A DNA stretch of 64,000 bases from an uncultured Clostridium sp. Its GTDB lineage: Bacteria; Bacillota; Clostridia; TANB77; CAG-508. A program made the translations under genes and the position numbers. The notes beneath the pieces were generated by a model that searched no databases, was not told the DNA's origin, and worked only from the letters and a program-made list of their open reading frames with translations. The stretch spans positions 720-64,719 of the forward strand of contig CAOJRU010000009.1 of assembly GCA_948442365.1 (NCBI GenBank), given 5' to 3'. How positions within the stretch are numbered: the stretch's first letter is position 1; each line of letters begins with the position of its first letter. Below, piece by piece: positions 21,510-32,968 of the stretch.

Positions 21510-23208
21510 ATGAACATAGCAATAACGATAATAAAAATGGTAGGAGGACTAATTTTATTAATATATGGTATGGATTTACTAAGTACCAATTTAAAAAAAT
21601 TAGCAGGAAAAAAGTTTGAAGCCATTTTAAAAAAGGCGACTGATAATATATTTAAAGGATTATTAGTAGGTATATTAATCACGGTTGCTGTACAAAGTTC
21701 AGCAGCAACAACAGTAATGGTGGTAGGATTTGTAAATGCTAAAATTCTGAAATTAAAAAATGCGATACCAATTATTATGGGAGCTAATATAGGAACCACT
21801 ATAACAGCACAAATATTAAGATTAGCTAGTCTTAATGAAAACAGTATACTTTCCCTTATTAGTCCAGCTACCTTAGCACCATTATTCTTGCTAATAGGTT
21901 TTATATTAATGGAATTAAAGAAAAAACAGAATTTTAAAAACTTAGGACAACTTTTCATAGGAATAGGTTTATTGTTTACAGGGCTTATGACGATGGTAGA
22001 AATGGCAAGTAAATTTAGTGAGTTACCAATTTTAACAACTATCTTAACACAACTTACTAATCCAATACTAGGTGTTTTAGCTGGTACTTTAATAACCGTT
22101 ATTGTTCAGAGTTCAGCTGCAACAGTAGGAATTGTACAAGCCATATCTACCACTGGATTTACTACTTATGCTAATACCATACCAATTATTTTAGGACAAA
22201 ATATAGGAACTTGTTTTACTTCTATTCTATCCAGTGTAGGAGCTTCAAAAGCTGCTAAAAGAACTGCAATGGTTCATTTGTATTTTAACTTAATAGGTAC
22301 TATCCTATTCATGATATTTATCTACACCTATCAAAGTTTAATTCGGATTTTCATTTTGGAATGAACCAATGGATATGGGAGGGATTGCCAATTTTCACTT
22401 AATATTTAATATGGTATCTACCATCATTTTATTACCAGCTATTGGATTATTAGAAAAAATAGCAGTTTTAACCATAAAAGATAAAGAAGAAATAGAGGAA
22501 GAAGATGCGAGTCAATATTTATCAGTATTAAATATACTAGATGAAAGAATAGCAACCATTCCTAGTTTGGGAATTGAAAATAGTTTAAAAGTTATCCTAC
22601 AAATGGGAGAAGTATCAGAAAAGAACTTTAAAAAGTCAATGCAACTAATAGAGAAATTTGATAAGAAAAAGATGGAGCATATACAAGAAAGAGAAGATGC
22701 TATTGATGAAATGGACATTCGTGTTACTAATTATTTAGTTAAAGTAGGTAATGAAGAAGTAACAGAACAAGAAAATAGAGATATTACTAGGTTACTTAAA
22801 ATAGAATCTGAATTTGAAAAAATAGGAGATTATGCCTATAAATTTTCTAAATTAGTAGAAAATTTGAAGGAAAAAGAAGAAAAATTCTCAGAAAAAGCCT
22901 ATGAAGAGTTAAAAAGTATGTATAAAATGGTAGATGATACTATTATTAAGACAATCAAAATTTTAAAAGAGAAAGATATGAGTATAATAGAGCAAAATAA
23001 AGACTTAAAACAAACATTACAAATAGATCAAGAAAAATATAAAATGGCACATATGGAAAGATTAAAAACGGGGAAATGTTCCGTAGAGATTGGTTTGAAT
23101 TTTATTGAGATGTTGACTGTTTATGAAAGAATTGTAGAACATTGTATTAATATCTCTACTATAATTGCCGATAGAATGAAAGATGAGGAAATTGTTAATC
23201 CAATATAA
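21510..23208 (+). CDS. Na/Pi cotransporter with PhoU domains; +1 shift at CGG 22344-22346
   Basis: Two QSSAAT repeats, GANIGTT/GQNIGTC; ...YQSLI [C]GGA TTT gives GFSFWNEPMDMGGIANFH, joining ORF 22369..23208 (EKIGDY, ERIVEHC). Confidence 0.9.
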
Positions 23209-23231
23209 AAATGACAAATAGAGGAATAAAA

Positions 23232-24518
23232 ATGGAAGAAACATTAACTATAAAAAAACAGTTAAAAATATCAGTACCAATGGCACTCGAAAATTTTATA
23301 AACATTTTAATGACATTGATTGATACGCTGGTAATAGCAACATTAGGGGTAAATGAATTAGGAGCAATAGGGGCTATGGCAGTTGTATTAAATATAATGC
23401 AAATGTCTATTCAAGCAATGAATATATCGAATATGGCCTTAATTGCAAAATCATTAGGGGGAAAAGAAGAAGCAAAAACAAAAGTAATAACAGGGAATGC
23501 AATTATACTTACAACTATAATAGCAGTGATAACTATTTTATTCGTATATGCTATTAGACCATTTTTTCCTGGCTTGTTTAATGTGGATAAAGTATGTATT
23601 ACGTATATTACAATAAGATTAATGGGATTTATACAAAGCTCTATTGTGACCATATTAACAGGATATCAAAGGACAATTGGTAAACAAGGATTTATCATGA
23701 TATTGAGATTAGTAGCCGTTGTAGTTAATTTGCTATTGGATTTGCTCGTTGTAAAATTAAATTACGGAGTAGAAGGCGTAGCTTGGGTAACAATTATTAT
23801 AGATTCCATTCTTTGTATTTATTTGCTCTTAAAATCTAATGCAAAGATAAGATATAAAATCCAAAAAGATATCATGAAGCAAATATTTCACTTATTTAAA
23901 TGGAATTGCCTAGAAAGAATTGTTACAAGGATAGATAATTTTGTATTTAATATTCTTGTTTCTAGGATAGGTGCTTTAGAATATGCAGTACATGTTATTG
24001 TCATTCAGGTATGTGATGTATCGCAAGCTTTTATACAAGGATTTAGTGATGGAATAACAATTAGTATAGGGATAGAAACAGGTAATAAAATGAAAGAAGG
24101 AATGGTTAATGCTAAACAAGTAATAAGGAAACTTATTAATATATTTTCGTTTATTGTACCATTTACTACTTGTGTAATTGCTATTAGTATTGCTCACATA
24201 TCTTTAAAGGAAAATCAGCTTTTATGGATTTTTTATTCTGTATTACCACTAATGTTAATAGGTCAATATGCAGAAATTAGTGGAACTTACTATTATGGAA
24301 TACTTCGTGGAATGAGAGAGTTTCGCTTTTTAGCCCAACGAAATTTTGTAACATCAATTATAAAAATAGCAGTAGCTACCATTTTGTCATATACTTCGTT
24401 AGGTATTATAGGAGTATGGATTGCTTATACCGTTTATTGCCTTGTACAAAAACATATATCTAAACTTAAATATAATAAATTATGTGGGTGTGCTACAAGG
24501 AAGGAGATAGAATGTTAA
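23232..24518 (+). CDS. MATE-family efflux transporter
   Basis: PMALEN...IDTLVIATLG..ELGAIG, GVEGVAW, GILRG, LGIIGVW. Confidence 0.82.
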   Translation: MEETLTIKKQLKISVPMALENFINILMTLIDTLVIATLGVNELGAIGAMAVVLNIMQMSIQAMNISNMALIAKSLGGKEEAKTKVITGNAIILTTIIAVITILFVYAIRPFFPGLFNVDKVCITYITIRLMGFIQSSIVTILTGYQRTIGKQGFIMILRLVAVVVNLLLDLLVVKLNYGVEGVAWVTIIIDSILCIYLLLKSNAKIRYKIQKDIMKQIFHLFKWNCLERIVTRIDNFVFNILVSRIGALEYAVHVIVIQVCDVSQAFIQGFSDGITISIGIETGNKMKEGMVNAKQVIRKLINIFSFIVPFTTCVIAISIAHISLKENQLLWIFYSVLPLMLIGQYAEISGTYYYGILRGMREFRFLAQRNFVTSIIKIAVATILSYTSLGIIGVWIAYTVYCLVQKHISKLKYNKLCGCATRKEIEC

Positions 24519-25438
24519 ATATAAGAGAAATTAATTTGTTTAGAGATGCAACTTATATAGAAGAAATAGAAGAAGGATATCCTAAAAGAAAAAAATACAA
24601 AGTAATTACTCCTAAATGTGAATATTTTATTAAAATACATGATTACAAAATGTCTCATCAAGAAATTAAAAAAGAAAAGTGGTTATATCAAACCTATGAA
24701 AACTTGAAAATTCCAATAGTACCTTTATTAGACATAATCAGTAAAGGTGACAACACTATATTTGTATATCCTTTTTTTAAAGGAGAAACTTTGAAAAAAG
24801 AAAATTTATCAAAAAAGGAATTTAGGAATTATGGAATTAAAGTAGCAACAGATGTAATAAAATTAAATCATATTACACATGATTCTAATTTGTTTAAACC
24901 TTTGGAATTAGAAAAAACTTTCTCAAAAGAGGATTGGGAAAGATGTAAAAAAATATGGAGAAATAATAGTTATCGCAAGAAAATATTGCAGATATTTACA
25001 AAACAGGAAATTCGATTGCTTTTTAAGTATTATAAAAACCTATTGGAAGATGTGAAAAAAGAAAAGGTAATGTTAAATCATAATGACATAAAAACAGGAA
25101 ATATTATGTTAGATAAACAAAAAAATTATTTTTTCATTGATATAGACCCAATTGATTTAACGGTTCTAGGTTATAATATATATTATAGTTTATTTTGGTT
25201 TTTACTGCCAAATTGTGAGAAAAAAGAAAAATGCTTTTTAAAAGGATTTATGCAAACAATAGATTCAGAAAAAAGATTGATAAAACAAGTACACTTTTTT
25301 TTAATAGCAGATTTTATTAATGAGTTAGAAATGTTATTAAAGGATAAGTTTGATGATTTGATGCAAGAAAAAGTATGGTTAAAGCAAATGCTTTTTAATA
25401 AAAATAATATAATTGAAAAAGTAATATATGAAAAATGA
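24512..25438 (+). CDS. Aminoglycoside phosphotransferase/kinase-like protein
   Basis: HNDIKTGNI and FFIDID (APH-type catalytic and Mg-binding loops). Confidence 0.7.
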   Translation: MLNIREINLFRDATYIEEIEEGYPKRKKYKVITPKCEYFIKIHDYKMSHQEIKKEKWLYQTYENLKIPIVPLLDIISKGDNTIFVYPFFKGETLKKENLSKKEFRNYGIKVATDVIKLNHITHDSNLFKPLELEKTFSKEDWERCKKIWRNNSYRKKILQIFTKQEIRLLFKYYKNLLEDVKKEKVMLNHNDIKTGNIMLDKQKNYFFIDIDPIDLTVLGYNIYYSLFWFLLPNCEKKEKCFLKGFMQTIDSEKRLIKQVHFFLIADFINELEMLLKDKFDDLMQEKVWLKQMLFNKNNIIEKVIYEK

Positions 25439-25453
25439 AAGAAGGCGAATTTT

Positions 25454-26080
25454 ATGTCTAAATGGGGAAGGGAAGAAACAGAAACAGTAGAAGCTTTAAA
25501 TAAAATTGGATTTAAAGGAAAAATTCTTAATGTAGCAGCTGGAGATGGAAGATTTAACGAAAAACTTTTAGAACTAGCTGATGAAGTGATAGCTGTGGAT
25601 AGAGATGAAAATGAACTAAAAGAATTAGAAAAAAGATGTCCACCAAATTTAAAAAGCAAGTTAATTACACAATGTATGGATATTACTAAAAAATTCCCAT
25701 TTGAAGCCAATACCTTTGATGGCATATTTTGTACTGGTACTCTGCATTTGTTTAATATAGAAATAATAGAAGGCATACTAAGAGAAATAAAAAGAGTATT
25801 AAAAAATAATGGTAAAATACTATTAGATTTTGCAACAGATATTTCAAGATTAGATTTTAATAATAATCCTGTCATTTTTGAGAACGAAGGAAAGTATACG
25901 ATGGGACAAGCAATTGAATTGTTTGAAAATAATTTAAAAGATTTTGCAATTAATATAGAAAAATCCAGCTTTAGAGAAGAAGAACTACAAGAAAAAGCAG
26001 GATATTATTCGATTGTAGGAAATTTTTTAATAATCATTGGGGAAAGTAGGATTCAAACGTTTGAAATAGAAGAAAGATAA
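25454..26080 (+). CDS. Class I SAM-dependent methyltransferase
   Basis: ILNVAAGDGR, FPFEANTFDGI, RVLKNNG. Confidence 0.85.
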   Translation: MSKWGREETETVEALNKIGFKGKILNVAAGDGRFNEKLLELADEVIAVDRDENELKELEKRCPPNLKSKLITQCMDITKKFPFEANTFDGIFCTGTLHLFNIEIIEGILREIKRVLKNNGKILLDFATDISRLDFNNNPVIFENEGKYTMGQAIELFENNLKDFAINIEKSSFREEELQEKAGYYSIVGNFLIIIGESRIQTFEIEER

Positions 26081-26095
26081 ATAAGGGAGAAAAAT

Positions 26096-28052
26096 ATGTT
26101 TAAATTACACTCAGAATATAAGCCAACAGGCGACCAACCACAAGCAATCGAATATTTAAGTAAAGGAATACAAGAAGGTAAGAAATTCCAAACACTTCTA
26201 GGGGTTACAGGTTCAGGAAAAACTTTCACAATGGCAAATATAATCCAGCAAGTACAAAAACCAACATTAGTCTTAGCGCATAATAAGACTCTTGCTGGGC
26301 AATTATATTCCGAATTCAAAGAGTTCTTCCCAGAAAACAATGTAGAATATTTTGTATCTTATTATGACTATTACCAACCTGAAAGCTATATACCATCAAC
26401 CGATACCTTTATTGAAAAAGACTCTTCGATTAATGACGAGATAGACAAGTTACGTCATTCTGCTACATTATCTTTATTTGAGACAAAAGATGTTATCATT
26501 GTAGCTTCTGTTTCCTGTATTTATGGATTAGGAGACCCTGTAGACTATCAAGAAATGATGTTATCTTTGCGAGCAGGGATGAACAAATCGAGAGATCAAG
26601 TTTTAAAAAAGTTGATAACCATGCAATATACAAGAAACGAAATTGACTTTAAAAGAGGAACTTTTAGAGCCAAAGGAGATATTGTAGAAATTTATCCATC
26701 CGACCAATCTGAATCAGCTGTCCGAGTAGAATTTTGGGGCGATGAAATTGAAAAAATCACAGAAATTAACCCCTTAACAGGAAAACCAATTGGAATTAGA
26801 AAACACATTCTAATTTCTCCAGCTTCTCATTATGTAACAACCAAAGACAAAATGGAAAGAGCCATTGGAACCATTGAAAGAGAAATGGAAGAAAGAGTAA
26901 AATATTTCAAGTCACAAAATAAACTAATTGAAGCACAGAGAATTGAAGAAAGAACCAATTTTGACATGGAAATGATGAGGGAAACAGGGTTTTGTTCTGG
27001 TATTGAAAATTATTCTAGGCATATTAGTGGAAGAGAAGAGGGAAGTCCACCTTATACTTTATTTGACTATTTTCCAGATGACTTTTTATTATTAGTAGAT
27101 GAATCACATGCAACCATTCCACAAGTAAAAGCTATGTATAATGGTGATAGAGCAAGAAAAGAATCCCTTATTAATTATGGCTTTCGTTTGCCATCTGCTT
27201 TTGATAACAGACCATTAAAATTTGAAGAATTTGAACAGCGATTAAATCAAGTCATATTTGTTAGTGCAACACCAGCTGACTATGAAAAAGAACACAGTCA
27301 AGAAAATGTAGTAGAGCAAATTATAAGGCCAACTGGTTTATTAGATCCTAAAATACAGGTAAAACCAGTTACCAATCAAATTGATGATTTACTAGAACAA
27401 ATACGAATTAGAATAGAAAGAAAAGAGAGAGTTTTAGTTACCACTTTAACGAAAAAGATGGCAGAAGATTTAACAGAATATTTAAAAAGTTTAGAGATAA
27501 AAGTTAATTATATTCATTCAGACACCAAAGCATTAGAAAGAATGGAAATTATACGAAATCTTAGACTTCGGAGAATTTGATGTATTAGTAGGAATTAATT
27601 TATTAAGAGAAGGATTAGATATACCAGAAGTTTCTTTAGTAGCTATATTAGATGCCGATAAAGAAGGATTTTTGCGTTCTGAAAGATCTTTAATTCAAAC
27701 GATTGGTCGTGCTGCTAGAAATACAAATGGAACCGTTATCATGTATGCAGATGAGTTAACTGACAGTATGGAAAAGGCAATATCAGAAACTAACAGAAGA
27801 AGAGGAATTCAAGAAAAATACAATGAAGAACATGGCATAACACCAAAAACGATTCAAAAATCAGTACGTGATAATATAGCAATGACAACGGTAGAAGATA
27901 TTAGTGTAGAATATAAATTAGAGAAAAATGAGAATATTGAGGATGTAATAACAGAATTAACAGATCAAATGTTGCAGTTTGCTGCCAATATGGAATTTGA
28001 AAAGGCAGCAGAATTACGTGATAAGATTAAAGAATTAGAAAAATTGTTGTAA
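26096..28052 (+). CDS. uvrB: Excinuclease ABC subunit B; +1 shift at CGG 27569-27571
   Basis: [18 protein letters not shown]; IRNLRL [C]GGA GAA gives [21 protein letters not shown]...[10 protein letters not shown]-terminal UVR domain. Confidence 0.97.
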
Positions 28053-28201
28053 CGATTCAGAGAACTATCATTTTTCGTAATAAAAGTTTATGTATTCTTT
28101 ATTTGTTTTAATTTTTACTTGCTAATTAAATAAAAAGTGTGGTATAATTTTTACCTGTTGCATTTAATAAACTATAAGAAAAACAAAGGAAGGGAGAAAA
28201 A

Positions 28202-28894
28202 ATGGAAATTATATCACAAATACTTAATTCATTTTGGTTTGAAACAATTTTTAAATTAACATTAGGTTTTATACTAGCTGGTGTCATAGGGTTAGAGCGT
28301 TCTTCTTGGAGTAAACCAGCAGGATTTAGAACTTATGCTTTAGTAGGAATTAGTGCGGTATTAATGGTATTATGTGGGGAGCACATGTCAAAAATCTATG
28401 ACATTGACCCATCCAGAATATCGGCACAATTATTATCAGGAATAGGATTTATTGGTGCAGGTACGATCTTAAGAGATGGCTTTAATGTAAAAGGATTAAC
28501 AACAGCTGCTGGATTATTATCCGTCACGTGTATTGGTCTAAGTATTGGAGCTGGTTTTTACTTAGGTGGTATTGTAACAACCGTGATTGTATATATCATA
28601 TTATCTTATTCTTATAAAATATCAGACAAATTAGATCATTTTAGTGTATTAGAATTAGATATAAAAATAAATAAAGATACGAAAGAAACATTAGCTGAAG
28701 TTGAAAAATGTCTTAGTAACTATAAAATAGAGATAAAACAGATTAAAAAACAAGCTAAAGAAGATAAAGAGGAAAAAGGAGAAACCGTACATATTGTTGG
28801 ACACTACAATAAGAAATCATTTAAAAAGAATGAACTATTAAGAAATATTACGGCTATTGAAAACATAGAAGAAATTTTAGAAGACGAAAGTTAA
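28202..28894 (+). CDS. MgtC/SapB family protein
   Basis: IGLER...PAGFRT, DPSRISAQLLSGIGFIGAG, GLTTAA. Confidence 0.9.
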   Translation: MEIISQILNSFWFETIFKLTLGFILAGVIGLERSSWSKPAGFRTYALVGISAVLMVLCGEHMSKIYDIDPSRISAQLLSGIGFIGAGTILRDGFNVKGLTTAAGLLSVTCIGLSIGAGFYLGGIVTTVIVYIILSYSYKISDKLDHFSVLELDIKINKDTKETLAEVEKCLSNYKIEIKQIKKQAKEDKEEKGETVHIVGHYNKKSFKKNELLRNITAIENIEEILEDES

Positions 28895-28938
28895 TAACCA
28901 ATGAAAATAGCATGCATATCATATAAGAGGTGATAGGT

Positions 28939-29454
28939 ATGTTATTTTTTAAGGAATTGTATGAAGATGCAAAAAATATAAAAGAAAAGGATCCAGCTTC
29001 CAGAAATATATTAGAAGTTATGATTTTATATCCAGGATTCCATATCCTTATTTTTCATAAATTAGGACATTTTTTATATCGTCATAAATTGTTGTTCCTA
29101 GCTCGACTTGTTTCACAAATAGGAAGATTTTTTACTGGAATTGAAATTCATCCAGGAGCTACAATAGGAAAAAGGTTGTTTATCGATCATGGTATGGGAA
29201 TTGTAATAGGTGAAACAGCAACCATAGGTGATGATTGTACCATTTATCATAATGCAACATTAGGAGGAACAGGAAAAGATAAATATAAAAGACATCCTGA
29301 TATTGGAAATCATGTAATGGTAGGAGCTGGAGCCAAAATACTAGGCCCAATAAAAGTGGGAGACTATGTTAAAATAGGTGCTAATAGTACTGTGCTAACA
29401 GATATTCCAGATCATGTCACAGTAGTTAGATGCAATGAAATTATAAAGAAATAA
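28939..29454 (+). CDS. cysE: Serine O-acetyltransferase
   Basis: [28 protein letters not shown]...KRHP. Confidence 0.9.
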   Translation: MLFFKELYEDAKNIKEKDPASRNILEVMILYPGFHILIFHKLGHFLYRHKLLFLARLVSQIGRFFTGIEIHPGATIGKRLFIDHGMGIVIGETATIGDDCTIYHNATLGGTGKDKYKRHPDIGNHVMVGAGAKILGPIKVGDYVKIGANSTVLTDIPDHVTVVRCNEIIKK

Positions 29455-29459
29455 AATCC

Positions 29460-29737
29460 AAGTTGTGCCATTGGGGACGGACCTTTTTGGCAATGTTTCT
29501 GTTATTAATAATAAAATAGTAAAAAATAAAAAAGTTTTTTTGTTCAAGATAATTATCATAGAACTTCTCTAAATTCATAATATGGTACCTTTCCATGCTA
29601 TATGACATGAACACTTTCCATATTATGAATTTAGAAGTTCTAATTCAATTACTTTCAAGCAAAACTTTTTTATTTTTTACTATTTTTATTTATTATTTTA
29701 AAATTGCCAAAAAGGTCCGTCCCCAGTGGCACAACTT
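29460..29737. repeat. Long palindromic element (REPIN/MITE-like), copy B, complete
   Basis: Terminal IR gttgtgccattggggacggacctttttggcaat / attgccaaaaaggtccgtccccagtggcacaac with nested internal stems. Confidence 0.88.
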
Positions 29738-29739
29738 TT

Positions 29740-30597
29740 TTATAAGTGATAAAGATTATCTTCTGTTAAAATTTTGGCTCTTTTTAGTGTTCTTTCATCA
29801 GAAGAATTTAAAGCATTTTCTATAAATTCTGGGTGATTAATTAAAAAGTTTCTCATCGTTTCGTATGGGTCATGATAAAAACCTTTTAGCATTTCTAATT
29901 GACCTTGATTGATAATGCCTAATTCAAAAGCTTTTTCAAATAGTGTATTATCTACTAATGCTAGAGGAATGGTTTTAATTCCTTCTTTTTCTAAGACTTC
30001 GGTTCCACCTTGTTTTCGATCTACAACATAGCAAGTCCATAACAACTTACCATTTAAGTTTTTAATGGCTGGAATCCATGAACGAACATAATTAGAAGCA
30101 GCTGTTACTAAATCAGATGCATTTAATACGGTTTTACCTTCTATATTTGTTATTTTTTCTGTAGAAGAAAAGTCATAAGGACTTACAAAAGCTTCCATAT
30201 CTTTAAATAATGTAAGATGTGGTTTCTTTAAAAGATAGGCAATCATATTAGAAAAATACCAATCTCTTCTTTCTCCTCCAGATATATAATCAATTTCATC
30301 TACATTGACGTTGTCTGTGATGGCTTTAATCATAGTGTCAATGGTATATTTAAATATACTGTTTTTTTCATATTGTGCTAATACGTTATCAAATACTTTT
30401 TTTGGTAAATGAATTCGATCTGCTAATAAAGTATCAATATAAGATAAGAATTCGGTTGCTTCTTTTTCATTTCCATAAAGAAAATGCGTGTTTACAAAGT
30501 AGGGCGAGATCGTTCCAGATGTTAAAAAGAATGGTTTGTTTTCTTCACAAAATTTTACGGCTTTGGTTTCAAATAAATATGACATGATATCAGACAT
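29740..30597 (-). CDS. pyrE: Orotate phosphoribosyltransferase-like protein
   Basis: PFFLTSGTISPYFVN, PRPP-loop-like NASDLVTAAS, VVDRKQGG; divergent from pyrC. Confidence 0.65.
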   Translation of the reverse strand: MSDIMSYLFETKAVKFCEENKPFFLTSGTISPYFVNTHFLYGNEKEATEFLSYIDTLLADRIHLPKKVFDNVLAQYEKNSIFKYTIDTMIKAITDNVNVDEIDYISGGERRDWYFSNMIAYLLKKPHLTLFKDMEAFVSPYDFSSTEKITNIEGKTVLNASDLVTAASNYVRSWIPAIKNLNGKLLWTCYVVDRKQGGTEVLEKEGIKTIPLALVDNTLFEKAFELGIINQGQLEMLKGFYHDPYETMRNFLINHPEFIENALNSSDERTLKRAKILTEDNLYHL

Positions 30598-30775
30598 AAT
30601 GGTTCCTCCTTAAATTTTTATTCTACGAGTATTGTAAATAAAAAATTAGAATTTGTCAATTGTTCTTGTTCTAATTTCTAGTGTTTTATAGAATGATATA
30701 CTTTTTTTGTCAAAAGATATTGATAAAAGTCAAAAAAGATGATAAGATAAGAAAAAAGAAATTGGGGAGGTAAAA

Positions 30776-32047
30776 ATGAAAACATTACTAAAAAATGGAA
30801 CGCTAATTGACTATAAAAGTAATACATTTGAAAAAAAAGACATTTTAATAGAAGATGACAAAATAAAAAAGATTGAGAAAGAAATTACAGAAACAGCAGA
30901 CAAAATAATAGACTGTACTAATTTTAATATTATACCTGGAATGATTGATATACACTGCCATTTAAGAGAACCTGGATTTGAGCATAAAGAAACAATCGAA
31001 ACAGGTAGCAAGAGCGCCGTTTGTGGTGGTTTTACTACAATTTGTCCAATGCCAAATACAAAACCAACGCCAGATAGCGCTATTGTTTTGCAAAAAATCA
31101 TAGAAGAAGCCAAAAGAGTTAACTTATGTAATGTACTTCCTTATGCCTCTGTATCAAAAGGAGAAAAAGGAGAAGAGCTAGTAGACTTTGAAGAATTAAA
31201 AAAAGCAGGAGCTATTGCTTTTTCAGATGATGGAATGCCAGTTGTTAATAGTAAAATAATGAGGGAAGCTATTATAGAAGCCGATAAATTAGGAACCTTT
31301 GTTGCTTCACACTGTGAAGAAAAATCAGTAGCAGCAGGAGCCATCAATAGTGGAAAGGTAGCAGAACAATTAGGGGTAGATGGGGTATTGCCAGAAGCCG
31401 AAGAAATTATGGCAGCCAGAGAAATCGTTATTGCAGAAACCAATGAGGTAAGAGCTCATATTTGTCATATTAGTACAAAAACAACTAAAAACATGGTAAG
31501 AGACGCCAAAAAAAGAGGCGTTAAAATTACTTGTGAAACTTGCCCACACTACTTTACATTTACGGTTGACGAAGTCATAAAATCAGGTGTTAATGCCAAA
31601 ATGAATCCACCATTAAGAGAAGAAAAAGATAGATTAGCCATCATAGAAGGTTTAAAAGAAGGAACCATAGATGCTATTATTACAGATCATGCACCACATA
31701 CGGAAGAGGAGAAAAATAAAGGACTAGCAACTGCACCAAATGGAATTATTGGATTTGAAACAGCTTTATCGGCAGAAATTATGAACTTAGTTGATACAGG
31801 AGACTTAACCTACTTAGATTTAGTTAGACTAACTTCTTATAATCCTGCTCAATTATTAAAAATTGACAGAGGAACCATTAAAGAAGGAAAAATAGCAGAT
31901 ATTACCATATTTGATCCAAATGAAACTTATACCTATACAAAAGAAATGGTTGTATCCAAAGCAAAAAATAGTCCTTTTATTGGAAAAGAACTAAAAGGAA
32001 GAGTGCATTACACCATTGTTGGAGGAAGAATCGTTTACGAAAAGTAG
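30776..32047 (+). CDS. pyrC: Dihydroorotase
   Basis: PGMIDIHCHLREPG, MPNTKP, KMNPPLR, TDHAPH. Confidence 0.95.
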   Translation: MKTLLKNGTLIDYKSNTFEKKDILIEDDKIKKIEKEITETADKIIDCTNFNIIPGMIDIHCHLREPGFEHKETIETGSKSAVCGGFTTICPMPNTKPTPDSAIVLQKIIEEAKRVNLCNVLPYASVSKGEKGEELVDFEELKKAGAIAFSDDGMPVVNSKIMREAIIEADKLGTFVASHCEEKSVAAGAINSGKVAEQLGVDGVLPEAEEIMAAREIVIAETNEVRAHICHISTKTTKNMVRDAKKRGVKITCETCPHYFTFTVDEVIKSGVNAKMNPPLREEKDRLAIIEGLKEGTIDAIITDHAPHTEEEKNKGLATAPNGIIGFETALSAEIMNLVDTGDLTYLDLVRLTSYNPAQLLKIDRGTIKEGKIADITIFDPNETYTYTKEMVVSKAKNSPFIGKELKGRVHYTIVGGRIVYEK

Positions 32048-32143
32048 TACGAATAGTTTGTTGAATTAGAAATCCTTGAATTTCTAATTCAACAAAAAAA
32101 TTTTGCGATTTTGGAATCTACTCAATTAGAAAGGAGGAGAAAA

Positions 32144-32923
32144 ATGAAAATATTAGTAATTGGTGATATTGTAGGAGAAAAAGCAGTAGAAAAATTAGAA
32201 AAAGAATTAAAGCAATTAAAACAGAATGAAAAAATAGATGTAACAATAGCAAATGGAGAAAATGCTGCGAATGGAAATGGATTAACAAAAAAATTATTTG
32301 ATAAAATATTACTAAGTGGAGTAGATATCATAACGATGGGAAATCATACATGGGGAAATCAAGAAATTTATGATTTCATTGATGATGAGAGAATTATAAG
32401 GCCAGCTAATATAACCAAAGGAATGCCAGGAAAAGGCTATACCATATACCAAAAAGATGGTATTAAAATATTAGTTATTAATTTGATAGGAAGAAAATTT
32501 ATGGAAGGAGTTTATTATTCTGATAATCCATTTACAACGGTTCAACAAATTTTAGAAGAAATAAAAAAAGATATAAAAATCGTAATGGTAGATTTTCATG
32601 CAGCATGGACAGGTGAAAAATTTAATATGGGATATTTTTTAGATGGAAAAGTAAGTGGAGTGTATGGAACCCATACACATGTGCAAACATCAGATGAAAT
32701 TATTATGCCACAAGGTACAGGATTTATAACAGATATTGGAATGACAGGAGCATGCCTTTCCGATTTAGGATGTGATGTAGAAAATTCTATTCAAAGATAT
32801 TTAAAAGATAAGCCAGTAAAAGACATTATATCAAAAAATGAAGTTATGATAAATGGATGTATATTTGATATAGATGAAAATACAGGAAAGACCTTAGTTA
32901 TAAAAAGGTTACATATAGACTAA
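32144..32923 (+). CDS. YmdB-family metallophosphoesterase
   Basis: GDIVG, NGENAANG, TMGNHTW, DFHA, GTHTHVQT. Confidence 0.9.
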   Translation: MKILVIGDIVGEKAVEKLEKELKQLKQNEKIDVTIANGENAANGNGLTKKLFDKILLSGVDIITMGNHTWGNQEIYDFIDDERIIRPANITKGMPGKGYTIYQKDGIKILVINLIGRKFMEGVYYSDNPFTTVQQILEEIKKDIKIVMVDFHAAWTGEKFNMGYFLDGKVSGVYGTHTHVQTSDEIIMPQGTGFITDIGMTGACLSDLGCDVENSIQRYLKDKPVKDIISKNEVMINGCIFDIDENTGKTLVIKRLHID

Positions 32924-32968
32924 ACAAAAATTATATTAGGTTAAATATAAGAAAAGGAGCAAGTTGCT

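Noticed and set aside
26052-26065. Palindrome TTCAAACGTTTGAA upstream of uvrB as an SOS box
   Set aside because: It lacks the 4-nt spacer of GAAC-N4-GTTC and lies inside the upstream CDS.
29420-29454. cysE ends [11 protein letters not shown] rather than the usual TVVG.P, a possible shift site
   Set aside because: No CGG is present and neither alternative frame restores the motif; more likely divergence or truncation beside the palindromic element.
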